A stretch of 64,000 bases of DNA. Origin: Allosphingosinicella sp. (GTDB lineage: Bacteria; Pseudomonadota; Alphaproteobacteria; Sphingomonadales; Sphingomonadaceae). The stretch spans positions 14,602-78,601 of the forward strand of contig DATMVG010000103.1 of NCBI GenBank assembly GCA_035563315.1. The letters run 5' to 3'. Every line of letters starts with the position of its first letter. Position 1 is the first letter of the stretch. Both the position numbers and the translations under genes were made by a program. This document shows, one piece after another, positions 8,281 to 15,652 of the stretch. Under the pieces are notes generated by a model. It was not told where the DNA came from and ran no database searches. It saw nothing but the letters and a program-made list of their open reading frames with translations.

Positions 8281-8841
8281 GTGACCGCGGCGCGTCCGCC
8301 TGCGCCGGCGGCGGGGCTGCTTCTGACCGAGGCGGAGGTGGCCGGCTGGGTGCGGATGGCGCTGCCCGGCGAGAGCTTCGTCTATTGCCGGGGCCCTTCC
8401 TCGGTGCCGCCGGGGCCGACCAAGAACCGGATCAACGCGCTTCGCGACGCCGGCGCGGTCCGGCCGCACAGCCGGCGCGGGCCCGACGGGTGGGAGCATC
8501 TGATCGTCAAGCGCGGCCAGGAGCAGGTCCCGGCCTCGGCGCCGAGGCCGGCGCCGCCTCCGGATTCGGCGATCGAGGAGATCTTCGCGGCGCTCGAGCG
8601 CTGCGCGGAGCGGCGGCGGCGGGCCTTCTCCGACGCCGAGCTGGCTCGGATCGCCGGGCTGGCGACCCGCAACCAGGCGGCGTGGCGGGTGACCAGGCTG
8701 ATCCGCGACGGGCGCATCCGGACGGAGACGGTGGCGGCGCCCGACGGGACGCAATGGCGGGTGGTGGTGATCCCCGGATCGCGACCGGGCCAGGCGGAGC
8801 GCCGGACGGCGCTGCCGGCACAGAGGAGGGCAGGCGGATGA
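8281..8841 (+). CDS. Phage protein with C-terminal winged HTH
   Basis: SDAELARIAGLATRNQAAWRVTRLIRDGRI. Confidence 0.65.
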   Translation: MTAARPPAPAAGLLLTEAEVAGWVRMALPGESFVYCRGPSSVPPGPTKNRINALRDAGAVRPHSRRGPDGWEHLIVKRGQEQVPASAPRPAPPPDSAIEEIFAALERCAERRRRAFSDAELARIAGLATRNQAAWRVTRLIRDGRIRTETVAAPDGTQWRVVVIPGSRPGQAERRTALPAQRRAGG

Positions 8842-9179
8842 TGCGAACGGAAACGAGCGAGGCGGGCGTGTCCCCCGGACACGGCCTCTCGGGATCACCG
8901 GCAACCATGTCCCCCGGACATGGCCTGTCCGGATCGCCCGCGTCGGCCCTGTCCCCCGGACACGGCCTCTCCGGATCGCCCGCGTCGGCCCTGTCCCCCG
9001 GACACGGCCTCTCGGGCGATCATCTGATCGCGGTTCGGGAGGCGGTGGCGGGGGTGCAGCGCCGGCTCGGCACGCCGCACCTCGCCGAGCGGACGCTGAA
9101 GGGCGAGGGCGACAATCTGCCGATGATGGAAGCCGCGGCGGCGGCGGTCGACCGGGTGCTCAGGGGCAGGTTCGGATGA
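8838..9179 (+). CDS. Phage hypothetical protein with SPGHGLSG repeats
   Basis: ATGA coupling at both ends; in-frame tandem repeat. Confidence 0.6.
   Translation: MMRTETSEAGVSPGHGLSGSPATMSPGHGLSGSPASALSPGHGLSGSPASALSPGHGLSGDHLIAVREAVAGVQRRLGTPHLAERTLKGEGDNLPMMEAAAAAVDRVLRGRFG
8867..9016 (+). repeat. Tandem repeat of 4 units (spacing 39/42/42 bp), each with palindrome TGTCC-CCC-GGACA
   Basis: TGTCCCCCGGACA at 8869, 8908, 8950 and 8992. Confidence 0.9.
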
Positions 9180-9481
9180 GCCGGCCGGTGCAGCGGTTTG
9201 CCTACGCGCAACCGGCCTCGGCGCCGGCCGCCTCGTCGGGGGTGGCCTGGATCGACCGCAAGGTGAGCGAGCTCCACGCCGCGCGCGCGTTCCTCGGCGG
9301 CCTCGGCTATTCGCCGCGGCCGTCCCGGGACGACAGCCGGGACTATTACCGGCTCGGCCAGGGCTGGCGGGTCAGCGGCTGGCTGGGCACGTTCAGCGAC
9401 GACCAGCTGATCGACTTCGCCAAGGCGCGGGGATTCCGGACTTCGCCCGCGAGCGCGCCCGGAGCTGGCCGTCATGGCTAG
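9176..9481 (+). CDS. Phage hypothetical protein
   Basis: Coupled ORF in the early operon. Confidence 0.6.
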   Translation: MSRPVQRFAYAQPASAPAASSGVAWIDRKVSELHAARAFLGGLGYSPRPSRDDSRDYYRLGQGWRVSGWLGTFSDDQLIDFAKARGFRTSPASAPGAGRHG

Positions 9482-9656
9482 GGGCGCCGCCGACCTGCCG
9501 GGCCTCGGCCGTTATGCCGGCTGCCCGGTCCCGACCAGCAAGGGGATCGTCGACGGCGATCGCGCCCGGCGCAGCGAGGCCGCGGCGGGCTCCGCCGCCC
9601 TGCTCGCCGGCTATCGCCGCTATTTCGCCAGGCACCATCCGGAGCCGCGGGCATGA
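9474..9656 (+). CDS. Phage hypothetical protein
   Basis: Coupled ORF; ATGA overlap with the helicase. Confidence 0.55.
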   Translation: MARGAADLPGLGRYAGCPVPTSKGIVDGDRARRSEAAAGSAALLAGYRRYFARHHPEPRA

Positions 9657-11008
9657 ACGCCTATCGCGCTTTCCTCGAGCGCAAGGCTCAGCTGGGCGGC
9701 GATCACGGCTTCGCGCCGACTTTTCTGCCGTCGTTCCTGTTCGATTTCCAGGCGCACCTGGTCGACTGGAGCGTCCGCAAGGGGCGGGCCGCCGAGTTCG
9801 CCGATTGCGGGCTCGGCAAGACGCCGATGCAGCTGGTGTGGGCGCAGAACGTGATCGCTCACGAAAACAAGCCGGTGCTGGTGCTGGCGCCGCTGTCGGT
9901 ATCGCAGCAGACCGTGGAGGAGGCGGAGAAGTTCGGCATCGACGCCGCGCGCTGCATGGACGGACGCCATCGCGGCGCGCGGGCGATCGTCACCAATTAC
10001 GAGAAGCTGCACTATTTCGACCCGGAGGATTTTGCCGGCATCGTCTGCGACGAAAGCTCGATCATCAAGAATTTCGACGGCGCGCGGAAGCAGGCGATCA
10101 CCGAGTTCATGCGCCGAACCAAATACCGGCTGCTGTGCACGGCGACCGCAGCGCCGAACGACTACGTCGAGCTTGGCACGTCGGCCGAGGCGCTGGGCGA
10201 GCTCGGCTATATGGACATGCTGTCGCTGTTCTTCCGTAACGACCAAGACAGCCTGCACCCCGCCTTCATCGGATCGCAGTGGCGGCTGAAGCCGCACGCC
10301 GAGCGCGACTTCTGGCGATGGATGGCGAGCTGGTCGCGTGCTTGCCGCCGGCCCTCCGACTTGGGCTTCGACGATGGCCGGTTCGTCTTGCCGGAGTTGG
10401 TCGAGGCCGAGCATCTGGTGGAAAGCCCGAACGCCGCAGGGGACCTGTTCCACGCGCCGGCGCGCTCGCTGGACGAGAAGCGCGCCGATCTACGGCTGAC
10501 GATCGAGCGCCGGTGCGAGGCGGCGGCCCAGCGTCTCGCCGATGCGACGTCGGCCGTTGCTTGGTGTCATCTGAACGCGGAGGGTGACTTGCTCGCCCGC
10601 CTGATCCCCGGTGCCGTGCAGGTCAGCGGCGCGGACCCGGATGAGCGCAAGGAAGAGGTGTTTGCCGCCTTCAGGCGCGGCCAGATCCGGACGCTGGTGA
10701 CCAAGCCGAAGATCGCAGCCTTCGGGATGAACTGGCAGCATTGCCATCGCTTCAGCTACTTTCCGACTGACAGCTTCGAACAATATTACCAGGCGGTCCG
10801 GCGCTTCTGGCGGTTCGGCCAGACCCACCAGGTCCGGGGGGACATTATCGGCACGACCGCCCAGGTGGGCACCCTCGGCAACCTTCGGCGCAAGGCGAAG
10901 GCCTGCGACGAGATGTTCAGCCGGATCGTCGCTGAGATGAACGATGCGATCCGCCTCGACCGCCTCAAGACCTTCGATCAGCGCGAGACGGTGCCGGCAT
11001 GGCTGTAA
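9653..11008 (+). CDS. SF2 (SNF2/DEAD-like) helicase
   Basis: ADCGLGKT, CDESS, TATAAPND, FGMNWQHC, QAVRRFWRFGQ. Confidence 0.9.
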   Translation: MNAYRAFLERKAQLGGDHGFAPTFLPSFLFDFQAHLVDWSVRKGRAAEFADCGLGKTPMQLVWAQNVIAHENKPVLVLAPLSVSQQTVEEAEKFGIDAARCMDGRHRGARAIVTNYEKLHYFDPEDFAGIVCDESSIIKNFDGARKQAITEFMRRTKYRLLCTATAAPNDYVELGTSAEALGELGYMDMLSLFFRNDQDSLHPAFIGSQWRLKPHAERDFWRWMASWSRACRRPSDLGFDDGRFVLPELVEAEHLVESPNAAGDLFHAPARSLDEKRADLRLTIERRCEAAAQRLADATSAVAWCHLNAEGDLLARLIPGAVQVSGADPDERKEEVFAAFRRGQIRTLVTKPKIAAFGMNWQHCHRFSYFPTDSFEQYYQAVRRFWRFGQTHQVRGDIIGTTAQVGTLGNLRRKAKACDEMFSRIVAEMNDAIRLDRLKTFDQRETVPAWL

Positions 11009-12012
11009 GCGAGCAGCGGATCGCGGAGAATTACGCGCTCTACAACGGCGACTGTTGCGAGGTACTGCCGTCCTTGCCGGCGCAGAGCGTGCACCTCAGT
11101 GTCTACTCGCCGCCCTTTTGCGGGCTCTACAATTATTCGAGTCACGATCAGGACCTGTCGAACAACCGCACCTATGACGGGTTCCTGGAGCATTACGCTT
11201 TTCTGGTTGGCGAGGTCGCGCGGGTGACGAAGCCGGGGCGGATGACCGCCGTGCATTGCATGGACATCCCGAACCCAGGCCAGCGCAGCGGCTATTACGA
11301 TTTTCCCGGCAAGGTGATTGCCCTGCACGAGCGCTTCGGATTCTATTTCTATGGCCGAGCCTTCATCTGGAAGGAGCCGCTCAAGGTGGCCATCCGGACC
11401 AGGTTGCGTCACCTGACCCACAAGCAGCTGGTGAAGGACAGCACGGCCAGCACCGTCGCGGCGGGCGATCAGTTCCTGTTCTTCAAGCGTGACGGCGACA
11501 ACGCCGAGCCGGTCACCCACGCAACCGGGTTCGACCGCTATGCTGGTGGCCGCGAGGTTCCGCCTGGACTTTGGCAATATCGAGGCGAGACCGACCAGGC
11601 GAAGAACCGCCTCTCACACTGGATCTGGCGTCAATACGCTTCCTGCTTTTGGGACGATATCCGTATCGAGCGGGTGCTGCCCTACAAGGCGGCGAAGGAA
11701 CGTGACGACGAAAAGCACGTCCACCCGCTCCAACTGGACGCCATCGAGCGCGTAATCGCGCTGTGGAGCAATCCAGGAGACGTAGTGCTTAGCCCGTTCA
11801 TGGGTGTCGGCAGCGAGATTTACGGGGCGCTGATCAACGGCCGGCGTGGCATCGGCGTCGAGCTCAAGGCCTCATATTTTCGGCAGGCGCTGAACAACGT
11901 GGCCGCTGCCGAGATGCCCGGCGCTGTCGATGGAGAAACCCTGATCCAGCTTTCGGCCGGGCCGGACGATGAAGAAGAGGATGGCGTCAACGACCTGGAG
12001 GCGGCGGAATGA
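10999..12012 (+). CDS. DNA amino-methyltransferase (N4-C/N6-A, beta class)
   Basis: Catalytic SPPF near the N-terminus, HVHPLQL, SAM-binding SPFMGVGSE, GVELK. Confidence 0.9.
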   Translation: MAVSEQRIAENYALYNGDCCEVLPSLPAQSVHLSVYSPPFCGLYNYSSHDQDLSNNRTYDGFLEHYAFLVGEVARVTKPGRMTAVHCMDIPNPGQRSGYYDFPGKVIALHERFGFYFYGRAFIWKEPLKVAIRTRLRHLTHKQLVKDSTASTVAAGDQFLFFKRDGDNAEPVTHATGFDRYAGGREVPPGLWQYRGETDQAKNRLSHWIWRQYASCFWDDIRIERVLPYKAAKERDDEKHVHPLQLDAIERVIALWSNPGDVVLSPFMGVGSEIYGALINGRRGIGVELKASYFRQALNNVAAAEMPGAVDGETLIQLSAGPDDEEEDGVNDLEAAE

Positions 12013-12566
12013 CCGGGATCGCGGACTTCGTCCGGGCGGCGCTGGAGACGTTCCGGGCCGATCCGCCGGACAGCGAATATCAGCAGGGCTATCTCGCGGC
12101 GATGCTGGTGACGTGGCGGGACGGGCTCGGCCGGGGCGGCCGGGACAAGAGCCTGAACGGTCTGGCGGCGATGACGGCCAGGGTGCTGCCGATCCCGATG
12201 GTGCTCCACTGCCCGCGCTGCGGGCTGCAGCACGTCGACGAGCCCGAGCCCGAGCGTGGGTGGACCGACCCGCCCCACCGGTCGCACCTGTGCCACGGCT
12301 GCGGCTGCATCTGGCGACCCGCGAGCGTCGCCACCTGCGGCGTCGCCCGGCTCGTGAACGAAGGCAGCTCGGACACCTGGGCGCCCGGCGATGCGACGCT
12401 TCGCGAGCTGGCGGCCGAGGAAACCCGGCTCGTAGATCGGCTGCTGTGGGCCGTTGAGCGCGCGGAGGCCGATGTGGGCGGCGAGAGCGTCGCCCACGTC
12501 CTGCCGCTGCTCGGCCCGGTGAACGACCGAAATCGTCATCTGCTTACCGGGAGCGGTAAACGATGA
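12009..12566 (+). CDS. Phage protein with zinc-binding motifs
   Basis: HCPRCG.QH...HRSHLCHGCG. Confidence 0.65.
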   Translation: MTGIADFVRAALETFRADPPDSEYQQGYLAAMLVTWRDGLGRGGRDKSLNGLAAMTARVLPIPMVLHCPRCGLQHVDEPEPERGWTDPPHRSHLCHGCGCIWRPASVATCGVARLVNEGSSDTWAPGDATLRELAAEETRLVDRLLWAVERAEADVGGESVAHVLPLLGPVNDRNRHLLTGSGKR

Positions 12567-12802
12567 TGCCCTCCCGCAGCTACGCTGCCAAGGTAGGCGA
12601 CCTTGTCAGGTACGATGATGGCCCGACCGCGCTGATGCGCGTCACCGACATTATTGGGGGCCGCTATTACGGGCGGGCGTTCCATTCGGTCGGCACCTGC
12701 ACGAGCCGGTCCGAGGTCTTTGAGCCGTCCGAAGCAGATCGAGAGCGGTGGGCGCGCTGCCACGATGGCACCGACGCCTGGATTCGCGGGGCCTGGGGAT
12801 GA
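12563..12802 (+). CDS. Phage hypothetical protein
   Basis: Coupled ORF; KVGDLVRY beta-barrel-like start. Confidence 0.6.
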   Translation: MMPSRSYAAKVGDLVRYDDGPTALMRVTDIIGGRYYGRAFHSVGTCTSRSEVFEPSEADRERWARCHDGTDAWIRGAWG

Positions 12803-13056
12803 GGCGGAGGCGCGCCCAACGTGAGCCGCGCGCCTGCCTCACGGCGGGCTGCGGCGCGGCGATCCCGCACTGGAAATTGCTGTGCGACGGCTGCTTCGGC
12901 CGGCTGCCCTGGCCGCGCCGGCGGGCGATCGTCGACGCCCGCCAGGCGCGGGCGCCGCATCTGGTGTTCCAGCACAGCCGATCGGCCGCTTCATGGCTCG
13001 CCGAGCATTCGCCGGCGGACGAGGCGGCCCGGAGAATGGGGGAGGCGGCCGAATGA
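12799..13056 (+). CDS. Phage hypothetical protein (Cys-rich)
   Basis: ATGA coupling; C..GC...LCDGC. Confidence 0.55.
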   Translation: MRRRRAQREPRACLTAGCGAAIPHWKLLCDGCFGRLPWPRRRAIVDARQARAPHLVFQHSRSAASWLAEHSPADEAARRMGEAAE

Positions 13057-13346
13057 ACCGCGTCGAGCACCTTCTCGAATGCCTGTCGGAGGAATGCAGC
13101 GAGGTCGGCCAGCGCGTCTCGAAGGCGCTCCGCTTCGGCCTCGGCGAGGTCCAGGCCGGTCAGCCGTTGACCAACGCCGAGCGCGTCGTCGTGGAGCTGA
13201 AGGACCTGCTCGCCGTCGTCGAGATACTCGTCGACGAGTCGATCATCCCCCATCCGATGGTGACGCCCGTGGAGGTGGACGCCAAGCGCGACAAGATCGA
13301 GCGCTTCATGGCGATCGCGCGCGAGCAGGGGGTGCTGACGCCGTGA
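13053..13346 (+). CDS. MazG-like nucleotide pyrophosphohydrolase
   Basis: LSEECSEV...KALRFG...ELKDL (ExxE...ExxD). Confidence 0.65.
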   Translation: MNRVEHLLECLSEECSEVGQRVSKALRFGLGEVQAGQPLTNAERVVVELKDLLAVVEILVDESIIPHPMVTPVEVDAKRDKIERFMAIAREQGVLTP

Positions 13347-13630
13347 GCCGCCCCCGCAAGACGGTCGCTCAGATCCGCGAGGCGGCGAGGGCCGAGCGCG
13401 ACATCGAGGTGGCGGCCTTCCTCGACGGCTATGCGGCGCTGGTGCGCGCGGGCCGCGACGACCCCTGCTCGGGGCCGCTGGCGACCTCGATCGAGGGCCT
13501 GGCCAGCTCGCTTCGCGCCGGCCTGGTCGACGAAGGCCCACCTTCCGGCCTGGCGCTGGTGCCGGTCCGGTCGGCGGGGCCGTCTGGCCCGCTGAACGGG
13601 ACGGTGCGGCACGCGGAGCGGGGCCGATGA
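13343..13630 (+). CDS. Phage hypothetical protein
   Basis: GTGA/ATGA coupling. Confidence 0.5.
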   Translation: MSRPRKTVAQIREAARAERDIEVAAFLDGYAALVRAGRDDPCSGPLATSIEGLASSLRAGLVDEGPPSGLALVPVRSAGPSGPLNGTVRHAERGR

Positions 13631-14037
13631 GCTGGGCGGTGGGCGAGATACGCTGCTCGACGGACAAGGGCTGGCAGGTCGTCGCCGGGTGGCGGCGGGA
13701 GTTGTTCGGGCTGGACTTCAGGCCGGTCTGGTTTCCCGACGACGTGGACCCGGATGGCCAGATGGCGTGGCTGCTCACCCACCTGCCGACCGGATTCGGG
13801 ATGATGGGCCTGGTGATGGGGCTCGCCGGCGCCCAGGCGGTGGCCGACGAGGTCGCTGGGTGGGCCGACTGGCAGCATATTGACCCGCTCAGTGCCCGCT
13901 TCCTGAAGCCGCGCGTCGACGCCTTGCGCGAGCGGCTCGATCCGAGGGTGCTTCACCCTGCCAATCTTGTCCCTCCCTGGGCCGAGACCGTCTTCGAGGA
14001 AGGGCCGAAAGGCTGCCATCTGAAGGTGGTGCCGTGA
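13627..14037 (+). CDS. Phage hypothetical protein
   Basis: Coupled ORF. Confidence 0.6.
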   Translation: MSWAVGEIRCSTDKGWQVVAGWRRELFGLDFRPVWFPDDVDPDGQMAWLLTHLPTGFGMMGLVMGLAGAQAVADEVAGWADWQHIDPLSARFLKPRVDALRERLDPRVLHPANLVPPWAETVFEEGPKGCHLKVVP

Positions 14038-14324
14038 GCGGCCGCCCGATCCTCACCGCCGCGCTCGAGCGGCAGGTGGTCGACCAGCTGCGGCGGCGGA
14101 CGCCGGGGCGCGGGCACGCCAAGCGCGTCGCGTTCGAGGCCGGGGTCAGCGTCAGCCATGTGCTGCGGGTGCTGAAGGGTCACGATCGTCCGGGGTTGAA
14201 GCTGGCGATCGGGCTCGGCCTGGTGCGGCTCGAAGAAGCCGCAGCGGGCACAGCGCGGACGGACGATTCCGGGCAGGACGAGGCCTGGCGGCGCGACCAG
14301 CTCAGCCTGGGGCTGGAAGCATGA
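14034..14324 (+). CDS. HTH DNA-binding protein
   Basis: AKRVAFEAGVSVSHVLRVLKG. Confidence 0.7.
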   Translation: MSGRPILTAALERQVVDQLRRRTPGRGHAKRVAFEAGVSVSHVLRVLKGHDRPGLKLAIGLGLVRLEEAAAGTARTDDSGQDEAWRRDQLSLGLEA

Positions 14325-14474
14325 GGGCGAAAAGCAAGGGAGGCGTTCGGGCTGGGTAATGGCTGGCAGCGACGGCAGTCAGGACCGCGGGGGCAGCGCC
14401 CCCGCGCGGGGCGCGGCACCCGCTGAGCGCGCGCGCATCGTCCCGCTGACGCTGCGAGGCAGTGGAGGCGTGAG

Positions 14475-14804
14475 ATGACCAGCCGCCGCTGGCCAGCAGG
14501 TACGTTGCGAGCGGCATTGATCGCCGCTCATGAGGCGCATCCTTGGGCGACTGCGCCAAAGCTGGCGATCATAGTTGGCGCCGATACGGACAGCGCTCGC
14601 CAAGTCCTGCGGCAGAACAAGATTGTCGTCCCGATCGAGCGGCCAGCGCGGCTGATGTGGACACCAGAAATGAAGCGGGCGCTCATCCATGCGGCCCACG
14701 ACCATCTGACTATAGCTCGTGCCTGCGCCCTTATTGGGGTGGTGCCTCAGACCCTTGCGCTTGGAGCGCTAGAGGTCATCCGCGACCAGGTCGAGCGGCC
14801 GTGA
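14475..14804 (+). CDS. Hypothetical protein with two HTH-like segments, coupled to the TGT-like gene
   Basis: GGAGG RBS; TAPKLAIIVGAD.. and TIARACALIGVVPQTL; lower GC. Confidence 0.6.
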   Translation: MTSRRWPAGTLRAALIAAHEAHPWATAPKLAIIVGADTDSARQVLRQNKIVVPIERPARLMWTPEMKRALIHAAHDHLTIARACALIGVVPQTLALGALEVIRDQVERP

Positions 14805-15652
14805 TGCGCTTCTTCACCGGCATCCATCAGCCATCGGACGCGGGGCGTGTCGACGCGGCGTTCATTTCGGTTCACCGACTCGTCCGGCGAAAGGGAGCAT
14901 TCGCGGCGAACGACTGGATCATGGATTCAGGCGCATTCTCGACGATCCGTAAATACGGAGGTTATCCCAACAGCCCAGAGATCTACGCTGCTGAAGTCAA
15001 CAGATGGTCGAAAAACGGTCGTCTGCTGGCGGCAGTGACCCAAGATTACATGTGCGAGCCGTACATGTTGCGATTGACTGGAAGGTCCGTGCATGAACAT
15101 CAGGCCCTCACAATAGAGAGATTTGATGCGATCGGCGCCTGCGACCTCGGCGGCGTCTACCAGATGCCCGTCCTGCAAGGGTACTCACCTGACGAATATG
15201 TCCAACATCTCAAAACTTACGGCGACCGGCTCGACGAGTGCGCACGTTCACCAGCCCTGTCTCGTGCTTTCCCGCCGGTGGTCGGCGAGAAGCCTGCGGT
15301 GGGCGCTTGGGTCGGGGTCGGTAGTGTATGCAAGAGGAACGGTAATCCTGCTGCGATTGAGGAGGTATTGCTCGCCATAAAGCGGGAGCGGCCGGAGCTT
15401 AGGCTACATGGGTTCGGAATCAAGGCAACAGCACTCGGCAGCGCCCTCGTGCGGGCGCTGCTGGCGTCGGCTGACAGCATGGCCTGGAGCTTTGCCGCTA
15501 GGAGGGAGGGGCGGGACGCAAACAGCGTTCAAGAAGCAATCAGATATACCAATCGCATCGCACGCAATGCTCCGGAACCTACTCTCCTATCGTCCATGTT
15601 GCTGCCGGTGTGGAGTTCTCCAACGACCGACTCTGCGGACCGGCCGCTATGA
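14804..15652 (+). CDS. Queuine tRNA-ribosyltransferase-like / DpdA-like transglycosylase
   Basis: TGT-type motifs IMDSGAFS, QDYMCEP, PVLQG, VGVGSVC, LHGFG, SADSMAW; start ATG 14804. Confidence 0.75.
   Translation: MRFFTGIHQPSDAGRVDAAFISVHRLVRRKGAFAANDWIMDSGAFSTIRKYGGYPNSPEIYAAEVNRWSKNGRLLAAVTQDYMCEPYMLRLTGRSVHEHQALTIERFDAIGACDLGGVYQMPVLQGYSPDEYVQHLKTYGDRLDECARSPALSRAFPPVVGEKPAVGAWVGVGSVCKRNGNPAAIEEVLLAIKRERPELRLHGFGIKATALGSALVRALLASADSMAWSFAARREGRDANSVQEAIRYTNRIARNAPEPTLLSSMLLPVWSSPTTDSADRPL

Noticed and set aside
8867-9016. Possible mini-CRISPR array
   Set aside because: Sequences between the palindromes are near-identical rather than unique spacers, unit lengths are multiples of 3 within a CDS, and there are no cas genes.
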